A stretch of DNA of 48,426 nt, taken from an uncultured Anaerolineales bacterium (GTDB lineage Bacteria > Chloroflexota > Anaerolineae > UBA4142 > SHND01). Shown piece by piece: positions 18,445-26,098 of this stretch (the first letter of the stretch is position 1; each line of letters begins with the position of its first letter). Where the stretch lies: the NCBI GenBank assembly GCA_964644955.1, contig CAZXYP010000001.1, positions 5,187 to 53,612 on the forward strand. The letters are read 5' to 3'. A program made the position numbers and the translations under genes. The notes under the pieces are model-generated. The model was not told the DNA's origin and ran no database searches. It saw only the letters and a program-made list of their open reading frames with translations.

Positions 18445-19446
18445 ATGGCTGTCTCGTATCAAGAGTTAAAGACCATTTTGCCATCTGCGCTGAACGAAAC
18501 GCATTTGCCGTTGCCGAACAAACGCGCGGGCAAGGTGCGCGACGCGTATTCGCTTGACGACGAACGAATTTTGTTTGTCACGACGGACCGCTTGTCTGCG
18601 TTCGATAGAATTCTCGCGTGTGTGCCGTACAAAGGACAAGTGTTGAATCAACTTGCGGCGTGGTGGTTTGAGCAAACGCGCGATATTATTCAAAATCACG
18701 CGTTATCCGTTCCCGACCCGAATGCGCTCATTGCGCGCGCGGCGGAACCGTTTCGCGTGGAAGTTGTCGTGCGCGGGTACATTACGGGCGTGACGACGAC
18801 GGCGTTGTGGTACCGATACAATTTGGGCGAACGCGAAATCTATGGTTATCGTTTTCCTGAAGGTTTGAAAAAAAATCAAGCGCTGCCACAGCCGATTATT
18901 ACGCCGACGACGAAAGCGGATGCTGGCGCGCACGATGAACGTTTGACCTCGGCGCAAGTCGTCAGTGAAAATTATTTGGATGCGCCGACGTGGTATCGCG
19001 TGGTGGATGCCGCGCTTGATTTGTTTGCGCGTGGACAGGAAATTGCAAAACGCGCGGGTTTGATTTTGGTGGATACGAAATATGAATTTGGACGCGCGCG
19101 CGACGGCACGATATTATTGATTGACGAAATTCATACGCCCGATTCGTCGCGTTTTTGGAAAGCGAATTCGTACGCCGCGCGTTTTGAAAACGGTGAGGAA
19201 CCCGAAAATTTTGATAAAGAATTTGTGCGCCTCGCGTACGCGCAAAAAAATTATCGCGGCGACGGCGAACCGCCGGTCATGCCCGACGATTTGTGGATTC
19301 AAGCAAGCGAACGCTACATCACGATTTACGAAATGCTCACGGGAAAAATTTTTCACGCGGGCGAATATCCGATTGAGGCGCGGTTGATGAAAAATCTGAA
19401 ACGCGCAAGAGAGATTGGAGATTGGAGACTGGAGACTGATGTATGA
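18445..19446 (+). CDS. purC: SAICAR synthetase
   Basis: [58 protein letters not shown]. Confidence 0.96.
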   Translation: MAVSYQELKTILPSALNETHLPLPNKRAGKVRDAYSLDDERILFVTTDRLSAFDRILACVPYKGQVLNQLAAWWFEQTRDIIQNHALSVPDPNALIARAAEPFRVEVVVRGYITGVTTTALWYRYNLGEREIYGYRFPEGLKKNQALPQPIITPTTKADAGAHDERLTSAQVVSENYLDAPTWYRVVDAALDLFARGQEIAKRAGLILVDTKYEFGRARDGTILLIDEIHTPDSSRFWKANSYAARFENGEEPENFDKEFVRLAYAQKNYRGDGEPPVMPDDLWIQASERYITIYEMLTGKIFHAGEYPIEARLMKNLKRAREIGDWRLETDV

Positions 19447-19479
19447 ACCAGCAACCTCTAGTCTCTAGTCTCCAGTCAC
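19410..19479. repeat. Inverted heptamer pair straddling purC stop / purE start
   Basis: Forward x4 at 19410-19437; reverse x4 at 19452-19479; ATGA junction (19443-19446) in between. Confidence 0.9.
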
Positions 19480-19961
19480 CGATTGTTGGAGTTGTCATGG
19501 GTTCGCGTTCCGATTGGGAGACGATGCAGCACACGGCACAAACCCTCGACGCGCTCAACATTCCATACGAAACGCGCGTGGTGTCCGCGCATCGCACGCC
19601 CGATTTGTTGTTTGAATACGCGTCGAGCGCGGAGGCGCGCGGCTTGCAGGTCATTATCGCGGGCGCAGGCGGCGCGGCGCATTTGCCGGGGATGCTCGCG
19701 GCGAAAACGATTTTGCCGGTGTTGGGCGTTCCCGTCGAATCGAAAGCGTTGCACGGAATGGACTCGCTGCTCTCGATTGTGCAAATGCCCGCGGGCGTTC
19801 CCGTTGCGACGTTTGCAATTGGACGCGCAGGCGCGGTGAACGCGGCATTGTTCGCGGCGGAATTGTTGGGAATAAAATTTTTGGAAATTCGGGAAGCATT
19901 GCGTGCGTATCGGGAGAATCAGACGCGCACAGTTCTTGAGAATCCCGACCCGAATAAATAG
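19443..19961 (+). CDS. purE: N5-CAIR mutase
   Basis: [43 protein letters not shown]. Confidence 0.97.
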   Translation: MNQQPLVSSLQSPIVGVVMGSRSDWETMQHTAQTLDALNIPYETRVVSAHRTPDLLFEYASSAEARGLQVIIAGAGGAAHLPGMLAAKTILPVLGVPVESKALHGMDSLLSIVQMPAGVPVATFAIGRAGAVNAALFAAELLGIKFLEIREALRAYRENQTRTVLENPDPNK

Positions 19962-20029
19962 AGATTGGAGACTGGAGACTGGAGACTGGAGATTGGAGAT
20001 TGGAGATTGGAGACTCGAGATTGGAGATT
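19960..20029 (+). repeat. Forward heptamer array x10, purE-purK junction
   Basis: agagatt (ggagact)x3 (ggagatt)x3 ggagact cgagatt ggagatt. Confidence 0.95.
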
Positions 20030-21139
20030 GGCATTATCGGCGGGGGACAACTTGGGAGAATGATTGCGCTGGCGGCGTATCCGCTTGGCGCGCGTGTGAC
20101 ATTTCTTGACCCCGCGCCCGACGCGCCCATGTCGCATGTGGCAAAACAAATTTGCGCGGCGTATGACGACGAACGCGCGTTGGAAGAGCTCGCGCGCGAA
20201 TGTGATGTGGTGACCTACGAATTTGAAAATGTGCCGGTCACGTCTGCGTTGTTTGTGGAACAATGTACGCGCGTGTTTCCGCCTCCCGCCGCGCTGTTGG
20301 TAGCGCAAGACCGTTGGGAAGAAAAATCATTTTTTAGCGCGCTGGGAATTCCAACGCCGAGATTTGCGCGCGTGGACACGCGCAGTGAGTTGGTCGAGGC
20401 GCTTGAAAACATCGGATTTCCGGCGGTGTTGAAAACGCGGCGGCTTGGATATGATGGCAAAGGGCAATTCGTCCTTCGCGCGCACGATGATGCGGCGCGA
20501 GCGTGGAACGCGTTGGATGGCGCGCCGCTGCTTTGCGAACAATTTGTAGAGTTCACGCGCGAAGTTTCGATTCTCGCCGTGCGCGGACAAAATGGCGAAT
20601 GTGTTTTCTACCCGCTTGTCGAGAATCATCATCGCGACGGAATTTTGAGGTTGTCGCTCGCGCCCGCGCCGAACACGACGCGCGATTTGCAAGAATTGGC
20701 GCAACAGTACGCGCAACGCGTTCTCGCCGCATTGAACTATGTCGGCGTTTTGGCGATTGAATTTTTTCAAGTGGGCGATGAATTGTTGGCGAACGAAATG
20801 GCGCCGCGCGTTCACAATTCGGGGCATTGGACGATTGAAGGCGCAGTGTCGAGTCAATTTGAAAATCACGCGCGCGCGATTTTGAACTTGCCGTTGGGTT
20901 CGACAGAGACGCGCGGCTATTGCGCGATGGTGAATTTCATCGGCGAATTGTCTGAGATTGACGCGCTGTTAAAAATTCCCGACGCACATGTTCATTTGTA
21001 CGACAAAGCCCCGCGCGCAGGACGCAAGTTGGGACACGTGACGATTGTGGCGAGTGATGAGAAAACGCGGGATTGGAGACTAGAGACTGGAGACTTGGCG
21101 GCTCTAGTCTCTAGTCTCTCGTCTCCAGTTATTCAATGA
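20021..21139 (+). CDS. purK: N5-CAIR synthetase; probable TTG start inside the repeat array (20021, alternative 20000)
   Basis: IGIIGGGQLGRM, VTYEFENVP, LGYDGKGQ, NEMAPRVHNSGHWT, SQFENH, RKLGHV. Confidence 0.93.
   Translation: MEIGIIGGGQLGRMIALAAYPLGARVTFLDPAPDAPMSHVAKQICAAYDDERALEELARECDVVTYEFENVPVTSALFVEQCTRVFPPPAALLVAQDRWEEKSFFSALGIPTPRFARVDTRSELVEALENIGFPAVLKTRRLGYDGKGQFVLRAHDDAARAWNALDGAPLLCEQFVEFTREVSILAVRGQNGECVFYPLVENHHRDGILRLSLAPAPNTTRDLQELAQQYAQRVLAALNYVGVLAIEFFQVGDELLANEMAPRVHNSGHWTIEGAVSSQFENHARAILNLPLGSTETRGYCAMVNFIGELSEIDALLKIPDAHVHLYDKAPRAGRKLGHVTIVASDEKTRDWRLETGDLAALVSSLSSPVIQ
21068..21129. repeat. Inverted heptamer hairpin at the 3' end of purK
   Basis: cgggatt ggagact agagact ggagact - short spacer - tagtctc tagtctc tcgtctc cagt. 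Confidence 0.9.
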
Positions 21140-22545
21140 ACGACAAACCTCGTGAAGAATGTGGCGTGATTGGCGTGTTTGCGCCGAATGAAGACGTGGC
21201 GCGGATGATATTTTTTGGACTGTACGCGCTGCAACATCGCGGACAAGAAGCGGCGGGCATTGCGGTTTCGGATGGCGGCGCGATGCGTTTGCACAAAGAC
21301 GCGGGACTTGTCGCGCAAGTGTTTCATCCCGAAAATCTCGCGCAGTTGGAAGGACATTATGCCATTGGACACACGCGTTATTCGACGACGGGTTCATCGC
21401 ATCGCCGCAACGCGGGTCCGTTTATGGTGGAAACATTTCACGGTCCGCTCGCCGTCGCGCACAATGGCAATTTGGTGAACGCGTCCGAATTGCGTCAAAA
21501 TGTTTTGCAGCGCGGCGTCGGTTTGTCGTCATCGTCGGACAGCGAAGTGATAACGATGATGCTCGCAGGCGCGGAGGGCGACACATGGGAAGAACGCATT
21601 GCCAACACGATGCCGCAGTGGCACGGCGCGTATTCGCTGGTGATTCTTACGCGCAATCAAGTTTTTGCCGTGCGTGACCCGTGGGGCTTTCGTCCGTTGA
21701 GTGTGGGACGTTTACCGAGCGGCGGACATGCGGCGGCTTCGGAAACGGGCGCGTTGAAAACATTGGGCTGTGATGAAATTCGTGAAGTGAAACCGGGCGA
21801 AATTGTCACGTTGAGCAATACCGTTTTACGTTTTCGTCAAGGACTGCCGCCAATGCCGCAATTGGCGCGCTGTATTTTTGAACACATTTATTTTTCGCGT
21901 CCCGATTCGTTTTGGGATGGACAGCGCGTGCACACTGTGCGGCAGCGTTTGGGACAAGAACTTGCGCGTGAAGCGCCGATTGAAGCCGATGTCGTTGTGC
22001 CGGTGCCTGATTCATCCATGCCTGCCGCAATCGGTTACGCGCGCGAATCGAAAATTCCGTACAATGAAGGTTTCACAAAAAATCGTTACATTGCGCGCAC
22101 GTTCATTCAACCGACCGATTCGTTACGCAAACAAGGCATCGCGCTCAAATTTAACGCGCTCGAAGAAAATTTGCGCGGACAGCGCGTGGTGATGATTGAC
22201 GACAGCATTGTGCGCGGCAACACGTCGGGTCCGCTTGTAAAACTCTTGCGCAATGCGGGCGCGCGTGAAGTGCATGTGTGCATTACGTGTCCGCCCATCG
22301 CGCATCCGTGTTATATGGGTGTTGACATGGGCACGTATGACGAAATGATTGCGCACAAACACACCGTCCAAGAAATTTGTGATTACATCGGCGCGGATTC
22401 GTTACACTTTTTGTCCGTCGAAGGAATGATGCGCGCGGTGGGACGCCGCGAAGGATATTGCAACGCGTGTTTCACGGGTGTGTATCCGTTAGAGATTGAC
22501 CGCGCGCATGTGAAAACGGGGTTTGAGAGGGCTATTGCTGGATAA
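21136..22545 (+). CDS. purF: Amidophosphoribosyltransferase (Fe-S, propeptide type)
   Basis: PREECGVIG, LQHRGQE, GHTRYST, HNGNL, DDSIVRGNT, Cys ligands CIFE/PCYMG/CNAC. Confidence 0.97.
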   Translation: MNDKPREECGVIGVFAPNEDVARMIFFGLYALQHRGQEAAGIAVSDGGAMRLHKDAGLVAQVFHPENLAQLEGHYAIGHTRYSTTGSSHRRNAGPFMVETFHGPLAVAHNGNLVNASELRQNVLQRGVGLSSSSDSEVITMMLAGAEGDTWEERIANTMPQWHGAYSLVILTRNQVFAVRDPWGFRPLSVGRLPSGGHAAASETGALKTLGCDEIREVKPGEIVTLSNTVLRFRQGLPPMPQLARCIFEHIYFSRPDSFWDGQRVHTVRQRLGQELAREAPIEADVVVPVPDSSMPAAIGYARESKIPYNEGFTKNRYIARTFIQPTDSLRKQGIALKFNALEENLRGQRVVMIDDSIVRGNTSGPLVKLLRNAGAREVHVCITCPPIAHPCYMGVDMGTYDEMIAHKHTVQEICDYIGADSLHFLSVEGMMRAVGRREGYCNACFTGVYPLEIDRAHVKTGFERAIAG

Positions 22546-22547
22546 CT

Positions 22548-22568
22548 GGAGACTGGAGACTAGAGACT
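22548..22568 (+). repeat. Forward heptamer array x3 between purF stop and the four-helix-bundle ATG
   Basis: ggagact ggagact agagact directly followed by ATG 22569. Confidence 0.92.
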
Positions 22569-23102
22569 ATGGCAACTGAACTTGAAGACCTGCGCGTGCT
22601 GCGCGAAACGGAAACGCTGGTGGATTTGATTTGGCGCGAGGCGGGAAGTTGGAACGAATTTGCGCGTGACACGGTGGGCAAACAAATCACACGCGCGGCG
22701 GATTCGGTTGGCGCGAACGTGGCAGAAGCGTACGGGCGTTTTCACTTTGGCGAAAAAATAAATTTGCTGTATTACGCGCGCGGAAGTTTGTTTGAAACAA
22801 AATATTGGCTGAATCGCTGCAAGACGCGCCAATTGATTTCAGAATCAAATGCAGATGAATGGACACGCCGGCTCGGCGAAATCGCGCGCCAAATCAATTC
22901 GTTCGTCAAACATCTCAAAACCCAACGCCGAGACAAAAGCGAAAAAGGTATGCGCGAATCAAGCGTCGAATATGTGATTGAAACCGAACTGTTGAGTGAG
23001 ATTATCAATGCACGCGAAATGGAATGGCTCGTCGCTACAAATCCGTATCTCGAACCACCTCTCAGTCTCCAGTCTCTAATCTCCAGTCTCGATTCATTAT
23101 GA
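22569..23102 (+). CDS. Four-helix-bundle protein (23S rRNA IVP-like family) with C-terminal extension
   Basis: EDLRV near the N-terminus, QITRAADSVGANVAEAYGR and ARGSLFETKYWL match my recollection of the family pattern (Q.RRA..S...NIAEG.GR; ARGS..E....L). Confidence 0.88.
   Translation: MATELEDLRVLRETETLVDLIWREAGSWNEFARDTVGKQITRAADSVGANVAEAYGRFHFGEKINLLYYARGSLFETKYWLNRCKTRQLISESNADEWTRRLGEIARQINSFVKHLKTQRRDKSEKGMRESSVEYVIETELLSEIINAREMEWLVATNPYLEPPLSLQSLISSLDSL
23063..23090 (+). repeat. Reverse heptamer array x4 at the end of the four-helix-bundle gene
   Basis: cagtctc cagtctc taatctc cagtctc. Confidence 0.92.
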
Positions 23103-24391
23103 ACATTCTCATCATCGGCTCTGGCGCGCGTGAACATGCAATTGCGTGGAAACTGAAACAGTCGCCGCGCGTGGAAAAATTATTTGTCGCCCCCGGCAAC
23201 GCGGGCACCGCGCGCCTCGCAGAAAACACCAGTCTCCAATCTCCAATCTCTAATCTCCAAATTGGTTTCGTCGTCATCGGTCCCGAAGCGCCGCTCGCCG
23301 ACGGACTCGCGGACACATTGCGCGCGCAAAACATTCGCGTCTTTGGTCCGAATCAAAACGCGGCGGAAATTGAATCGTCCAAAGCATTTGCCAAAGATTT
23401 TATGCGGCGGCACAACATTCCGACGGCGCGCTATGAAACATTTGCAAATTTCGATGCCGCGGTGCGTCATATTGAAAATGTAGAGTACCCGATTGTGATT
23501 AAGGCATCGGGATTGGCGGCGGGCAAAGGTGTGATTTTGCCAGAGACGTTGGAGGCGGCGCGTGACGCGCTGCGTCAAATTATGCTCGAACACGAATTTG
23601 GCGCGGCGGGCGATGCGGTGGTAATTGAAGAACGTTTGCAAGGCGAGGAAGTTTCCGTTCTCGCGTTCAGTGACGGATTTACCGTAAAAGCGATGCCACC
23701 CGCGCAAGACCACAAACGTTTGCTCGACAATGATTTGGGACCGAACACCGGCGGCATGGGCGCGTACGCGCCTGTGAATTTGCCCGAAAATTTTTTGGAT
23801 GAAATTACGCGCGACATTTTGCAGCCGACGATTGATGGTTTGCGCGCAGAAGGGCGTCCGTTCATTGGCGTGTTGTATGCAGGGTTGATGTTGACGAATG
23901 ACGGCGCGCGCGTGTTGGAATTCAACTGTCGTTTCGGCGACCCCGAAACGCAAGTGATTTTGCCGTTGCTGGAAAGTGATTTGCTCGATGTGTTTGAAGC
24001 GTGTGTAGATGGAACACTCGCGCAGTGTGAGGTGAAATGGAAACGCGGCGCGGCGGCGTGCGTGGTTCTCGCGTCGGGCGGCTATCCGAACAAATATGCG
24101 ACGGGAATTCCAATTCATGGACTCGACGCAATGCAAAATCGGAACGCGATGATTTTTCACGCGGGAACGAAACTTGTCCTGAGCGGAGCCGAAGGATTGC
24201 AAGAAGGGCAAGTGGTGACGAACGGCGGACGCGTATTGTGCGTGACAGGTGTCGGGAAAAATTTAGGCGACGCGTTGGATACCGCATACGCCGCGATTCG
24301 TCCACTTCGATTTGAAGGAATGCAATATCGCAAAGATATTGGACAAAAGGCAATCGAATCTCCAGTCTCTAGTCTCCAATCTCTACCATGA
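23099..24391 (+). CDS. purD: Phosphoribosylamine-glycine ligase
   Basis: IIGSGAREHA, GPEAPL, IKASGLAAGKGV, QDHKR, GPNTGGMGAY, EFNCRFGDPE, TNGGRVL; ATG 23099. Confidence 0.96.
   Translation: MNILIIGSGAREHAIAWKLKQSPRVEKLFVAPGNAGTARLAENTSLQSPISNLQIGFVVIGPEAPLADGLADTLRAQNIRVFGPNQNAAEIESSKAFAKDFMRRHNIPTARYETFANFDAAVRHIENVEYPIVIKASGLAAGKGVILPETLEAARDALRQIMLEHEFGAAGDAVVIEERLQGEEVSVLAFSDGFTVKAMPPAQDHKRLLDNDLGPNTGGMGAYAPVNLPENFLDEITRDILQPTIDGLRAEGRPFIGVLYAGLMLTNDGARVLEFNCRFGDPETQVILPLLESDLLDVFEACVDGTLAQCEVKWKRGAAACVVLASGGYPNKYATGIPIHGLDAMQNRNAMIFHAGTKLVLSGAEGLQEGQVVTNGGRVLCVTGVGKNLGDALDTAYAAIRPLRFEGMQYRKDIGQKAIESPVSSLQSLP
23230..23257 (+). repeat. Reverse heptamer array x4, in frame in purD
   Basis: cagtctc caatctc caatctc taatctc. 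Confidence 0.9.
24172..24196 (+). repeat. 25-bp REP-like element in frame in purD (inverted copy at 15366-15390)
   Basis: ACTTGTCCTGAGCGGAGCCGAAGGA is the exact reverse complement of 15366-15390. Confidence 0.9.
24356..24383 (+). repeat. Reverse heptamer array x4, purD-purM junction
   Basis: gaatctc cagtctc tagtctc caatctc. Confidence 0.9.
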
Positions 24392-25425
24392 GTTCAGCAT
24401 ATTCGGAAAGTGGCGTGAATATTGACGCGGGCAATCGCGCGGTGGAATTGATGCGCGATGCCGTGCGCGCGACGTACAACCAAAATGTCCTCGCGGGTAT
24501 CGGCGCGTTTGGCGGATTGTATGACGCGGGCGAATTGAAAAAGATGCGCGCGCCCGTTCTCGTCGCGTCAACGGATGGCGTGGGGACAAAAGTAAAAATC
24601 GCCGCGCAAACGAATTGTTTTGAAAACATCGGACGCGATTTGGTGAATCACTGCATCAACGACATTTTGGTACAGGGCGCGCGTCCGTTATTTTTTATGG
24701 ACTATATTGCGAGCTCAAAATTGATTCCCGAACATGTCGCGGCGATTGTGACGAGTATGGCGGAGGCGTGCCGCGACGCGCAGTGTGTTTTGTTGGGCGG
24801 CGAAACGGCGGAAATGCCCGGTGTGTATTTGGAAAATGAATTTGATGTCGCGGGAACGATTGTGGGAATTGTCGAACGCGAAAATGTTTTGCCGAAAAAT
24901 AATTTGCGCGCGGGTGATGTGTTGATTGGGTTGAAATCTTCGGGCGCGCATACGAACGGGTATTCGTTGATACGAAAAATTTTTGCGGATGTGCCGCTCG
25001 ATATGGTTTTTCCGGAACTCGGCGAACCATTGCAAGATGTTTTGCTCGCGCCGCATCGTTCGTATTTGCCCGCGTTGGAGAAATTTATCGCGCGACCTTC
25101 GCCCATCAAAGCACTCGCGCATATTACAGGCGGCGGCATCATTGAAAATCTGCCGCGCGTCTTGCCCGAAAGTATTTCCGCGAACATTCATCTTCACACA
25201 TGGCAAATTCCGCCACTCTTTCATTTGATTCAACAGCGCGGGGAAATTCCGACAGAGGAAATGTTTCGCGTGTTCAACATGGGAATCGGCATGATTGCGA
25301 TTGTGGCGAAAGAGGACGTGCGGGAATTTCAGAAAAATCTTGGAGAAGAATCGTTCATCATTGGAGGATTGGAGACTGGAGACTGGAGATTGGAGATTGG
25401 AGATTGGAGATTGGAAGGTCTCTAG
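24388..25425 (+). CDS. purM: AIR synthetase
   Basis: YSESGVNID, STDGVGTK, GARPLFFMDY, GGETAEMPG, SSGAHTNGYSL, HITGGG, FNMGIGM. Confidence 0.97.
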   Translation: MSSAYSESGVNIDAGNRAVELMRDAVRATYNQNVLAGIGAFGGLYDAGELKKMRAPVLVASTDGVGTKVKIAAQTNCFENIGRDLVNHCINDILVQGARPLFFMDYIASSKLIPEHVAAIVTSMAEACRDAQCVLLGGETAEMPGVYLENEFDVAGTIVGIVERENVLPKNNLRAGDVLIGLKSSGAHTNGYSLIRKIFADVPLDMVFPELGEPLQDVLLAPHRSYLPALEKFIARPSPIKALAHITGGGIIENLPRVLPESISANIHLHTWQIPPLFHLIQQRGEIPTEEMFRVFNMGIGMIAIVAKEDVREFQKNLGEESFIIGGLETGDWRLEIGDWRLEGL

Positions 25426-25443
25426 TCTCCAGTCTCCAGTCTT
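25364..25443. repeat. Inverted heptamer hairpin, purM-purN junction
   Basis: Forward ~7 units at 25364-25412; reverse ~4 units at 25416-25443; purM TAG lies in a tagtctc unit. Confidence 0.93.
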
Positions 25444-25449
25444 TCCTCT

Positions 25450-26055
25450 ATGAAACGTCTGGTTGTTTTGATTTCCGGCAACGGCTCAAATCTGCAAGCG
25501 ATTCTGGACGCGTGCGCGCAGGGTGAACTGAACGCGCGCGTTGTTGCAGTGATTTCTAATAAAGCGGACGCGTTTGGATTGACGCGGGCGCGGCGTGCGA
25601 ACGTTCACGCGATTTTGAAAGCAAAAGATAAATCGCAAGACCGCCGCGCGTATGATGCGGAACTCGCGGAACTCATCGCGTCGTTTGAACCCGATTTTAT
25701 AATTCTCGCGGGCTGGATGCGAATTTTGACGTCCGCGTTTCTCGACAAATTCGCAAATCGCGTTGTGAATTTGCACCCCGCGCTGCCCGGCACATTTCCC
25801 GGCACGCACGCGATTGAACGCGCGTTTGACGCCTTTCAACGCGGCGAAATTTCACATACGGGCGTCATGGTGCATCTCGTTCCCGATGAAGGCGTGGACA
25901 ATGGTCCCGTTCTCGCGCAAGAAATCGTGCCGATTGAAAAAAACGATACACTCGAAACATTGGAAACGCGGATTCATCAAGTCGAACATCGGTTGTTGGT
26001 TGATACAATCAAGAGACTGGAGATTGGAGACTGGAGATTGGAGACTAGAGACTAG
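25450..26055 (+). CDS. purN: GAR transformylase
   Basis: ISGNGSNLQA, LAGWMRIL, NLHPALP, TGVMVH, VDNGP. Confidence 0.96.
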   Translation: MKRLVVLISGNGSNLQAILDACAQGELNARVVAVISNKADAFGLTRARRANVHAILKAKDKSQDRRAYDAELAELIASFEPDFIILAGWMRILTSAFLDKFANRVVNLHPALPGTFPGTHAIERAFDAFQRGEISHTGVMVHLVPDEGVDNGPVLAQEIVPIEKNDTLETLETRIHQVEHRLLVDTIKRLEIGDWRLETRD

Positions 26056-26088
26056 AGATTCAGTCTCCAGTCTCTAGTCTCCGGTCTC
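26012..26088. repeat. Inverted heptamer hairpin, purN-purH junction
   Basis: Forward x7 at 26012-26060 abutting reverse x4 at 26061-26088; purN TAG lies within the array. Confidence 0.93.
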
Positions 26089-26098
26089 TCCCCCACAA

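Noticed and set aside
22569-23102. Four-helix-bundle gene as the avd of a diversity-generating retroelement
   Set aside because: No reverse transcriptase and no TR/VR pair seen in the window.
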